Source of the DNA: Adineta vaga | Lineage: Eukaryota > Animalia > Rotifera | Direction: 5' to 3' | Assembly (NCBI GenBank): GCA_021613535.1 | Contig: CP075495.1 | Location: 2,294,001-2,358,000, forward strand | Length of the DNA: 64,000 nt | Shown: positions 1-10,807 of the stretch, in pieces | Position numbering within the stretch: position 1 is the first letter of the stretch | Layout: every line of letters starts with the position of its first letter | Program-made: the position numbers and the translations under genes | The notes under the pieces: generated by a model | What the model was told of the DNA's origin: nothing | The model's input: the letters and a program-made list of their open reading frames with translations, nothing else | The model's database searches: none

Positions 1-255
1 ATTACACGAAACTATACATTAAAACGATTCCAATAAATTCGTTTTTTTGTATCGATAGGACTTTATGTATTCATATAATAAATGTTTATTAGTTTATTCA
101 TTAGTATTCATTTTTCTTCTAAAAAAATAAAATATTTATAATTAATTTTCTCTGTTATTAATTATTTTATTAAGAGAAAAGCATTTGAAGGTATAGATTA
201 TCAAAAAGATTCTATATTGCGGATGGTCTCTCTTGAAATATGAACAACGTCTATT

Positions 256-380
256 ATAACGGGTGAGTCAAAACGAATGGTCTTCTTAGTATTTTCCGTG
301 TAACTCATTCATTTTTCAGTGCTTAAGAAAAAATTTTTTTACCGAAAGATTCCTCGTGAGACTCTCTACAAAATGTATAT
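256..380 (+). mobile_element. Possible Tc1/mariner-type MITE terminal fragment
   Basis: TAACGGGTGAGTCAAAA resembles TA-CAGGGTG-type Tc1/mariner ends; no partner end seen in the window. Confidence 0.2.
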
Positions 381-865
381 ATTTTTATTGTCTCAAATGA
401 TCTCCATTATTTTGTGACATGTGATACAATCTATTCATCTAAGAACTATAACTTTCAAAGAGTTTTGCTTTTATCTGAAAAGAAAACACTTATAATTAGA
501 ATAAACTTTAGTTTACAGATTGAAATTTAATATTTTGTTTTCGAAAGTTAATACATATTTAAACAATAACATCTGAGCTGTGTTCTCATATAACTAAGTT
601 GCCAGATCAATTCGTCTCACTATTGGGACAAGCTAAAAATACCTGTCCTCCAAAGTCGAGGGCTAAGTGAGTCGGCACGACGAGCGTTACTTGTTAAAAA
701 TGGAATAAAAAAGTGAAATGAATTTATAATTCGATTCTAAATTTGTAAATTTAACGAATAATTAGCAATACATCAAATTCTGTTCTTATGATTATCATTT
801 TCTTCTTTAGATAAACATCGGTTAAATGGATCATGAATTGTTGTTAAAATAATAAATATTAAAAG

Positions 866-927
866 TAGGGATGTCACTTTTGCGTTTCGTTCTGAATAAT
901 GGGAACGGGGAACGCTGACACCCCTGA
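866..927. mobile_element. Tiny hAT-like MITE / internally deleted element
   Basis: TAGGGATGTCA (866-876) and TGACACCCCTG (916-926) are a 9/11 inverted repeat resembling hAT termini; internal GCGTTTCGTTC / GAACGGGGAACGC also pair; near-direct 8-mers flank it (ATTAAAAG 858-865, ACTAAAAG 928-935). Confidence 0.5.
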
Positions 928-1130
928 ACTAAAAGAATACTGATGATTATGTTAGATAAATTTTGACATTTTTTCTTTATAAATCGAGTATCTTTAATAA
1001 ATATTATTGTTCTTTCTAAAGATACACAAGCATGTAGCCATTGATTCATTAAAAGACAAATTAACAGAAGGAAATCTAATCTTGAGTGAGGATGTGGGTG
1101 AGAGTATGTCTTCTTCAATCTAATTCTCGC

Positions 1131-2455
1131 TTAACAATTGAAATAAAGCATGACACCGTCGGATTGTTTAGCAATGATATCGATTTTATTGTCGCCATTC
1201 AAATCACTTGCAACTGCTAATATTTGAGAGGTTGCCGAAATAATTTGATAGGTAATTTTAGAACTAAAAATACCATTACCTTCATTAAAAAGAATACTGA
1301 TGTTGATATCAAGACTATTGGCAACAACTATATCAGGTTTGCTGTCATGATTAATATCAATAATGGTAAGAGATGTTGGAAAATAACCAACTGAATAAGT
1401 AAATTCAGATGAAAAAGTACTATTACCTTCTTTAAGAAAAATAGCGATTGTGGCCAATTCAGCATATCTAACAATAATGTCAGGTTTGTTATCGTTGGTC
1501 AGATCGGCTACGGCTAATGATGCTGGTGTAGTTTTGAGTGAATAAGTTATTGGAGAAAAATTACCAATACATGTATTATAAAGAATAACAAAATTGGGCA
1601 AAGACCGAACGAGAACAACAATATCAAGTTTTCCATTGTTATTCATATCGTTTACAGCAACTGGAATTGGACTAGAACCAATGGCGTACTGTGTTTCATT
1701 TACGAATGTCCCGTCGCCAAGATTAAGAAGAGTACAAACTTTTGTCGCACTCGGATGAGAGCCTCCGATCGCAAGATCGGGTTTGTCATTATTATTCACA
1801 TCCATTATTAGTATGGAGCTTGCATGGGTATCGACTGCGTAAGCAACCTCCTTCATGAATTTTCCATTTCCTGAATTGAGAAAAATAAGAATGTTAAGAT
1901 TAGCTCGTAGTCCAACAATAAGATCGGGTGCTTTATCATTATTTAAATCGGCCACAATTACTCCGTATGGAATATTATTAAGTAAATATTTAGTTTCATT
2001 TAGAAACGTTCCATTGCCAGCGTTGAAAAGAACAACAATATCGCCATGGAATTTGCCGTAGGTAACTGCAATGATATCGAGTTTTCCATCGATGTTTATA
2101 TCAGCAATTGTGACTGCATTTGAACCAGTAATCGAATAAATTGTTGGATTAGTAAACATACTGCTGCAAACTACCAAATAGAAAAAAGAATCCATATTTT
2201 TCTATATTGGTATACATCAATATTCAATTGTTGATTTTATTCAACTTTTCAACACAATTAAAGCTAGAAATATTAAAACTCGTATAATATATTACTGACC
2301 ATTTTCTGACAATGTTAGTGTTGTTGATATCGTTGTTATGAGTGTTCATATTGAGGTTGTCGAGGTGTGCATTGCTGTTAATTACGATGTAGAAAATATG
2401 ACTGTTTCTGTTGTTGATGATGATGATGAGGAGGAGGAGGAGGAGAAGACTAGCT
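1131..2455 (-). CDS. FG-GAP/VCBS repeat (beta-propeller) protein; upstream Ser/Thr-rich exon carries stops
   Basis: ORF 1131-2195 has about 7 D-x-N-x-D-x-K-x-D-I repeats with LNxGNGTF motifs. Acceptor at 2171 (exon from 2170); phase-compatible upstream exon 2455-2300 (SSSSS..TT) contains in-frame TAA and TGA. Confidence 0.8.
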
Positions 2456-3890
2456 CTATAGTAAAAAAAGATCAATATGAAACAAAAAAAATAGTAAGAT
2501 GTTCGTTGAAACTTTGCAATTGTCGATTAATTATTAGTATCTCTCTTGATATCCAACAATTACTCATTGTTTTATCATTCATTGACAACATGATTGTATA
2601 AGATTAAACGGAAAATCACCTGTTGTGAACATAACTTCTGCAGATGTCCTTCCATTTTTTATTAACAGAGCAGTTGTTTGACTAATTAGTCCTATTGTTA
2701 TTATTTAAACACAGATAATAATAAAACATTTGATCCACATTGATTTTCTTCTTCGAAATTGTCCACATCTATAAAAAAAAGTCAAAGATTTGTTATTGCT
2801 ATAATGAATAATAAACGTACAGTGAACTTGAATGAATAAGCGATGTTTGTGTTGAATTAGAATTAACTGAATCAGGCTACAATAAATAGATAAAGCAATA
2901 AAGATTCCTTTTATGTTATTTTCTTAATAAATAAATTACATAATCAAATCCTATTCTGTTGTTATTCATATTTAATTCTGTTTGAAATGAAATATTTTAA
3001 TAAACTGACAAAAGTAACCAAAATTCAGAAAAAAAAGCATAGTGAGAAGAGAAAATATATCATTGTCCTCTTATCAGCCAAAGTAATGAATAACATATGA
3101 AGAATAGGTTTCTTATTCTATATAGTCTCAAATAAAATAGAGAGTTTTTTACCAGAACAGATGAGAAAAATATTAACAGATATTCAGGTAGGTAGGAAAA
3201 TCAACATTACAAAAATTCAGCACAGAATTTCTGGAAAAGATTTACACTATTTCATACAATAGTATATTTTGTTCAAATAAGTGTTTTCAATGAAAAATAG
3301 TGATTGACCCATTTCGACTAAGAAATCGAGTACAATAGACAAAGACAAATAATATCAAGAGTTTTGCACTAAAATCTGTTTCATTGCATATTTCAGTGAA
3401 AGAACTAACGATATGGATATAATCCTAAAAATATCTTTTACAAATTATTTGATCAATAATGATTTCATATTAGTGATGATCAGTTTCAGGTTTACTATGT
3501 AAGCCATTATCAACATCAATTTATTGTGAGATAAAAAAAATTGATTCCCATCGATACCATCAAGATTCAATAAATGATTGAGAATTGATGAATAAAGTGT
3601 GGAATCGATACAGCTTGTCAAGTTCGACTTAAAACGGGTGACATTTGAACTGAAATGAATATATCCCATACGTCTTAATGTATAGTTTTCTTGAGGATAT
3701 GGGTGTAATTGATGATAGGATACTCATACCCTCGTGTCGATAAATTTATACTATTCAATATGATGTTAAATTAGTTACAGCAGTGATGCAAATACAAAAA
3801 CTAACATTATTCTTTCATAAAAGTTTTCAGTTCGATTACACAATAAATATAAAGGAAGTAAATAGCTTTACTCTTTCATTTATTTATTAA

Positions 3891-5320
3891 ATGTCGAAAA
3901 TATTAATGCTCGGTCTTTTTCCTACTGAAATACTTCATTATATATTCGAATATTTGTCAGCTTATGATATTCTATATGCATTTGATGGTCTCAATCGACG
4001 TATTGATGCGGTTTTACATAATTACGATAAATATGATTTTATTTGCCAATCAATTTCTCCTGAACAAATTCGATCATTTACATTATCCGATGCTGAGGAC
4101 ACAGTTCGACAAATTAATTTCTTCTTTCGATCGTTCTACATTCGACGACTTGTTAATCTCAAGTCACTAACATTAAACGAAATTGGTAAACAAGATTGGA
4201 ATAAACTTGCTTCTAAACTTCATTATTTAACTAATCTAACATCTCTGTCACTTATATCTTCCTGTCCACTTTCATATCCACCATCTGACGAAAAATTATC
4301 GCTAAAATCTTTAACTTGATGTCAATGTACTATAGATGAACTGCATCAATGGTTACTATGTACACCAATGCTAATCAATTTAGACGTTAAATTATATAAT
4401 ACTCTATCAAAAATGGCGAGTCCAATTGCAACGGATATTCACCGATTGAAAATCGAATTTTCATGAATGTACAAAATGAAATTTGAAGATCTTGAACTCT
4501 TATTTACTTATATGCCAAAATTAGAAATTTTAACATGTATTATGACCAATGAATACGATTTGACTTGCGATATTGAATGGAAAAAGATCTTATTGAAAAA
4601 TGTTTACCACAATTGAAAGAGTTTCGTTTTAAATATCAGACAAATGCAGATGAATATGTTACAAGATTATGGGAAACATTTCAAATACTTTTCTGGTTAG
4701 ACGAACATCAATCGGTCATACATTATAATTTTCATATGCCTAAGATTCTCAAAGATTGGTACAACTTCAATGCTCATCTGTATACATTACCTTATTGTGA
4801 TGAGGAATTTCATTTGGCTACGACAACAACATGTTTTACAAATGCTTCAAAATATGAATATCAATCAATTAAACATTTAAATTTACATGTTAATTCGAAA
4901 TATTATTCTCATCTGCTCGAACATTTTTATTTTCCTAATCTTGATTCATTAACAATTACTTCTACACATACTTCAATACCATTTATTGAATTTATTAATC
5001 TTTCTCAACTTAAACATTTAACTATTGAATCGGACAGTATAAGTTCAAAACAACTTTTCTCGCAAATTTTCTTACATACGATTAATTTTCAATCATTGAA
5101 ACTATCCTGGCGTCTTCTAACAGAATTAACTCAAAATTTTAGTAATCAACGAATATGTTCAATACTACAGAAACAAATTAAATCTTTACATTTATATAAG
5201 CGTTGTACATTTAAAAATGAAAAAGATGACCAGAATCCAATCGAAAAATTGATCGAAATATTTTCAGAAAATCTCGAGAAAATCAATATAGAATTTCTTA
5301 ATTCACTCTGTAGATCTTAA
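3891..5320 (+). pseudogene. F-box/LRR protein pseudogene
   Basis: N-terminal F-box (FPTEILHYIFEYLSAYDILYAF) and LRR-like LKSLTL repeats. Coding-like sequence continues through TGA at 4317-4319 and a second TGA near 4464, then frameshifts near 4580 into ORF 4577-5320. Confidence 0.8.
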
Positions 5321-5695
5321 CTGTAACGAGTAAATTGAGTTGGTATGCACACTATAAATAAGTATGTTCTTTCCTGCTTGTTAGACATAGGAAAGTTCCA
5401 AGTTCGAGTAGCTCATTGTATTTGATATTGCCGTACAGATCGTGATAGAGTTGAGTAACCCATCAAACATGTTGCAAAAGCAGTTTTATTCATTAAATCT
5501 GAACTATTTTGTCTAGCTTCTGAAAGTATGAAAATGAATATCAATAAATTTAAAATTCTCAACAACTAAATTTTGATTTATTTACATTTCGAAAATAATT
5601 CAATATATTAAATTTTATTCTCGAATTAACAATTAAAAATGACGACAGTCATACTCGATTGCAAACTAAGTTACAGTAGATTCTTTTGGAATATT

Positions 5696-6076
5696 CTATG
5701 GATCAATACGAGTAAATAGATTTGGCATAGCTGCCCGTTGTAGGACTTGATTTGTTGATTGCGGTACGGGTTGTGCTGATAATGAAAATTGTAACGGATA
5801 GCAATTTTTTAATAATTCCGCCAGATCAAAACGTTCTATTTTTTGCAAACGTTCAATTAGATAATTAACATTATCCATAGCAATTTTTCGTCGATCAAAC
5901 AATGCTTCCCAGATATCAGTCATTGGCGCGGCATTATTTCTCTCGACAACTTCAAGAACTCTACGTGGAACATCTTCACAACCAATAATAAAACATAGAC
6001 GTTTTCGTTCATCATTAGTTAACTGTTGATCAATCTTTAATAGAAGTGAACGTAATCTAAAATCAGCTCGTGCCAT
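5696..6076 (-). CDS. Single death effector domain (DED) protein
   Basis: FRLRSLLLKIDQQLTNDERKRLCFII...LFDRRKIAMDNVNYLIERLQKIERFDLAELL fits a DED including the RxDL motif; intronless; ATG at 6076. Confidence 0.8.
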   Translation of the reverse strand: MARADFRLRSLLLKIDQQLTNDERKRLCFIIGCEDVPRRVLEVVERNNAAPMTDIWEALFDRRKIAMDNVNYLIERLQKIERFDLAELLKNCYPLQFSLSAQPVPQSTNQVLQRAAMPNLFTRIDP

Positions 6077-6186
6077 CTTCAATAAAAAAAAGAAGAATAA
6101 CGAAAGAAAGAATCAATAAGCAAAAAGAAGAATCTGATCAAAGAAAAATAAATGGGATAAAAATCAAACAAAAAAGGCAAAATGAA

Positions 6187-9100
6187 TCACTGAATAGTAG
6201 GAACATCTGATTCTTGATGACGAAAATGTAAATTAAATAATGATTTAAACATTTCTAATTCATCTTTTTGTTCATTGGATTGAGCTAAAGCACTTATTGT
6301 TGTTGAACGTTGAAAATACTCTTCGAAGAATGTATAAACAGTAAAGAAAAGTATCTTCTGATTTGATGTTGTTGATGATAGAAGTTCATCAGCTTTAATA
6401 GCTGTTTCAAGAAGTTTACGTGCTAATGTTCGAGTAATAGGAATATGATCAATACAGAATTGAAGAGCTTCAACTATAAAATAATTTCCAAGAAGAATTT
6501 CTAAAATTTCTTCATTCGCATTTGTTAAACGTTTGAGCATATCAAGTGCCAATTGTGTTGTTGGTTGTTGCGTATTGGAAAGAGATAGAAGAAGACAAGC
6601 TAATACAAAACAAACATATTGTTTATTTTTTACACTTTTTTTTTCTATTCAAATTTCATCGATAGATTAAGTAATCTAGGAAACTTTCGTTTTCTCTGAT
6701 CGAAGAGTACAACCATATGAGTCATCGCTACGTTTGAAGAATGTGAAATACAATACTTTGAGAAAGGTAATCTCTGATAATGTCATATGCTCTTTAAGTT
6801 AGAGTTTACATATAGAAAAACTAGGGAATAAACTTTAAAAATATTAAGATTTCTATCATCACAAGATCTATTCTTACCAAGTTGTAGCGAATCCGTCAAA
6901 ACTTGATATTGAATTAATTGTTGAAGTTGAAAAAATTGATTATTTTTAACTAATAAATTGACTAATAATTCATAAATAAAATATTGAACAGGTATATTAT
7001 AATCATTTAATGAACGTATATATTCAATAATAATACTAGTTGGAAATTTAAATGATTGACTTTGATCATAATTATTTAATGTTGTATCATTCGATGTAAT
7101 TGATAATGAACGACGATAGGTTGTTGAACTTCCTATTGTTGATATTGATACAATTGTTGAAAATAATGAAAGAACAGAATAAATATCTGTTTGATCTAAT
7201 AAAGGACGAACTGGGGAATTTTCAATAAAAACTCGATTGATTCGATCAATTATTTCAATCCATAAATCTAAAACATGACTGGAACTGATATTGGATATAT
7301 TATTTGAATCGATTTCAACAGGTGTTATGTTATTTGTCAATAAAGTTCGTAATAAAGTCAATATAGATGCTTTTCCATTGGCACGTCGTAATAAAATATC
7401 AATTAGAAGTAAACGATCAGATATGATATCAAGTAAATAATCTAAATTAATTAATAAACACCATAAACATCCTAATTTCACATCAATGATTATATTTGGT
7501 AAGAAAACAATCCAATTCGATGAATACAGTTCGATTGTTGTTGATGATGTTGATATAGTTGATGAAAGTAATTGCCAATTAACATTAACAGGTTGTATTG
7601 ATTGTTGAGAAAGTAAAGGTTCATGAATAGTTTGAAAACCATCATATTGTGATGTCGATTTATCTTCAATATCATAAATATAACATGATGTTGTTGGTTG
7701 ATGATGAATTAAGATTAAATTATCGACAACATTTAATGCACATCGACCATGTAAGTTTAATCGTAAGATATGACGTTTTTGAGCTGGTTTATGATCATCT
7801 TCGATTTGATAGAGAACAACTTCGATTGAACCTTGTCCTAAAAGAAAGAACTAACTTTGTTTGTTTTTGTTTTTTATGTTAGAAAAGAAGATCAACGAAC
7901 CAGCAACTCGAAATAATTGTCGAACAATGAAAAGATATGATTTGCCATAAATATTTGCTAACATACAATCACGTTCAGTTAATTCATTACATCGTTTACT
8001 TGTCGATTGATTTGATGCGTTCGATGCAGTTGAATTCGAACGTAGATTTGTTACTTGTGGTAAATCAACTTCAAATTTGGGTAGTTTAGTTAATTGTTGC
8101 TGTTGAGTTTTATGAAATGAATATGGAATTAATGAATTACCTGCTGCCGTACCAGCTGATATAAGTAAAAGATTCATTTCACGTGAAAATAATTGCCAAT
8201 GTATATTTTGTATATCATAAGTTTTTAATTGTCGTAATGTTCGTTGTTTTGCAGTTAATAAATAATGTTCCAAAGATTGATCAGTAACGAAAATAATTTC
8301 TTTATCAGATAACCAATTGAAATCATATAATTTACTTGCTTTAGTTTTAGATAATTGTGAATATTCAATATTATCAGGTTGAAGAATCGTTGCTGCTGCT
8401 GTTGTTGTTGTTAGTGATGGACGACGTGGTGATGTAGGTAACGGTGGAATAGATGGAAAATTAAGAAATTCAACTGAATTGGAATTTCGTTTGATTGCTA
8501 GAACCGATAGATCAGAATTGAATTTTATCGATTGAATTGCACCTTTATCTTCAAGACGAAACGAATACGCTTGTTCATGACGATGACCTTTGACAGTTAC
8601 ACCTAAAATAAAACAAAACAAAATATATTTATTTGTTTTAAACAATGTTTGAGATGTTTTTCAATATCATGTGAAAAAGAATGATTTTATCCATCCAACT
8701 ATCTTACAACAATTTCATCATCATTTGAGTAAATTGGTTTGAGATTTGTTAACCAAATATCTTCAGGAATTTGTTCAATTGTTGTTTTATTTAATAGATT
8801 TTTCTTTTGTTTATCTCGTTTAGTTAATCGAATTGATTTATCATTGACAATTGGAATATCATTTCGATCGAATGTAGTGAAAACTTGTTCATGAAATGCA
8901 TTTGTATAATTGTCAAATGATGGTAAAGATGTTTCAGTTAGAAAACTTGTAGATTGATAAATATAGAAGTATTTCTTTTCATCAAATTGTACTTCATTGG
9001 AAAATTTCTCTAAACTATTTCCGAATATACAGATTTCTTTTAATTTATCTTTCATCCAATTCGAATAGAGAAGATTATTATGAATTGGTTTTGAACAAAA

Positions 9101-9768
9101 TGGAATGTAAATCAATGATGGACGAAGAATGGTTTGACAGGCTTGATTATTCTCTTTGAAAAGTTCATATTTGGAAAAAGTATTCGTCTTTTCCAGAAAA
9201 TTATATTCATCATTCGTCCAAATTGGATCATAGAGATAAATTATTTGAATTTGTTGTTCAAATCTTTCTTCGATTAATTTCAATAATGCATATTGATATT
9301 GAGATGAAAGAGAAAGATTAAGATGACCAAGACCATAACATAGAATATCAATCGATGTCAATTGTCGACTAATCCATTGTTGAAGATAATCTTGAAGTTG
9401 TAACCAGAAATAACTCGAGCGAATCAATTGAATTTTATTTTCAAGATTCTTCAATAATTGTTTATGATCAAATGATGATGATGATGATTCGATTGTTGGA
9501 TCAATTCTCATTCGACGATTTTGTTTTTTACGTCGTGTAAAACGAAAACTATCGGTATTTTCTGCTTGTTCATAAGACATATCTTATCTGAAAAGAAAGT
9601 GATGAAAATTTATTATTTATTCTCCTTACCCATAGCACCGGAACCACGAACACAAAACAATTGTTGATTATCTTTGTCATAGAATACGCTCGTACCATTA
9701 CTAATTGGTTCGAAAATGATCGGTTGAGATGATAGTTTTAGAAAATAACTTGTTTGGTTATTTAACAT
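6187..9768 (-). CDS. RMC1: Regulator of MON1-CCZ1 complex (C18orf8/Mic1 homolog), 4 exons
   Basis: Exons 9768-9630 (MLNNQTSYFLKLSSQPIIFEP..VFYDKDNQQLFCVRGSGAMG), 8602-7901 (VTVKG..SFRLEDKGAIQSIKF), 7837-6878 (ALNVVDNLILIHHQ; LYSSNWIVFLPNIIID), 6599-6187 (ACLLLSL..LALDMLKRL). All GT-AG and in phase; match recalled RMC1 motifs. Confidence 0.92.
6652..6866 (-). ncRNA. Candidate long box C/D-type intronic RNA in RMC1 last intron
   Basis: 278-nt intron (6600-6877) versus ~55-nt norm; GTGATGA C box (6862-6856), internal GCGATGA (6728-6722), terminal ATGA (6659-6656), stems GATAGA/TCTATC and CATATGA/TCATATG. Confidence 0.45.
8699..9580 (-). CDS. SRRD: SRR1-like protein, nested in RMC1 intron 1 on the same strand
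   Basis: Intronless 293 aa ORF with ILCYGLG, SQYQYALL, LYDPIW, LIYIPFC, NNLLYSNW, IFGNS and NAFHE motifs typical of the SRR1 family. Confidence 0.88.
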   Translation of the reverse strand: MSYEQAENTDSFRFTRRKKQNRRMRIDPTIESSSSSFDHKQLLKNLENKIQLIRSSYFWLQLQDYLQQWISRQLTSIDILCYGLGHLNLSLSSQYQYALLKLIEERFEQQIQIIYLYDPIWTNDEYNFLEKTNTFSKYELFKENNQACQTILRPSLIYIPFCSKPIHNNLLYSNWMKDKLKEICIFGNSLEKFSNEVQFDEKKYFYIYQSTSFLTETSLPSFDNYTNAFHEQVFTTFDRNDIPIVNDKSIRLTKRDKQKKNLLNKTTIEQIPEDIWLTNLKPIYSNDDEIVVR

Positions 9769-9896
9769 CTAGAAATATCAAAAGATACGAGAATTTCATT
9801 TTTTTTAATAGTTTTGTCTTATAACACGAAAAAAAGGAAAAGAAGGAAAGTGTATGTAGTTTATTTTGATGAAAATATTTCGTTTCTTTTTTTAAT

Positions 9897-10392
9897 TTAA
9901 TCACGAATCAATTCAGCAATCATTCCATAGAGATAATAGAAAAATGTAATCATATAAAAACCAAGTTTAATCCAACCTTCACGTTGAGCAGTATTCAAAC
10001 TTTGAGCATTCATAATGCTTGTTGGATCATAGATACCCAAGCCACTCATCACTGGACGTGTACGAAATTTATTAAGATGATAAGCAATTAATGGCATATT
10101 GAGAAACAATGTAAACCATTGTCCACCGAGAAGAAAGAGTAGATTAATGAATATATGCGTTGCATATTCAGGAATAATTAAAGGATTTAAAGATTTACAT
10201 TGTTCAATCGGATTTTTATGATCATTTTTTAATTCATCAAATGCAATGATCTATTTTTGAAGAAAAGAAAAATTGATGATATGAGAAAGAAACAGAAGAA
10301 AGAAACCTTACATGCCATATGGCAAAAAAGATAAGTAATGCTGTAAGAATAAGTGCAGCAAGATAGGCAAATGCAACAAATGTAAAAGACAT
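9897..10392 (-). CDS. CNIH: Cornichon family cargo receptor, 2 exons
   Basis: Exon 10392-10312 MSFTFVAFAYLAALILTALLIFFAIWH; exon 10250-9897 IIAFDELKNDHKNPIEQC..IPEY..YDPTSIMN..EGWIKLGFY. Confidence 0.95.
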
Positions 10393-10807
10393 GATAAATC
10401 TGAATATAAATGTATGAGAATTGTTTGTTAACTTGTCTTTTTGTGGAATATTGGATGGACTCTAGATATCAAATGAATGAATGAGCAGTGCGAAGTAAAT
10501 ATGTATGAGTACATTTACATTAATTGGTGGATTTATATCGAATAGAATTTGAGCGCTATGATTCATCATTTGTAGACATTTGTTTTCGTCATCCTCGCTT
10601 TTGATTTGCTATTGTTAATGACAAGTTGATATGTCGTGAATGATACTGATTGGATATTCTCTTTTATGTTATTTTGCTTCTGCTAGATGCTAGTAGTCTT
10701 TACTTGTTAATGAATCAGAATTATAGTGACACGTAGCTCAAAGATTCTTTTACTTTATAAATCAACAAAATATTAACATTTATATTTATTTTTTTCTTCA
10801 GATATTA

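Noticed and set aside
1083-1104. TGAGTGAGGATGTGGGTGAGAG resembling bdelloid telomeric repeats
   Set aside because: Only one exact hexamer; not a tandem array.
2338-2601. Plus-strand acidic ORF (DDDDEEEEE) and the many other short overlapping ORFs
   Set aside because: Antisense or alternate-frame shadows of real exons or simple repeats.
4317-4466. Two in-frame TGA codons as selenocysteine or readthrough
   Set aside because: The gene also has a frameshift, F-box/LRR proteins are not selenoproteins, and no SECIS was seen; pseudogene is simpler.
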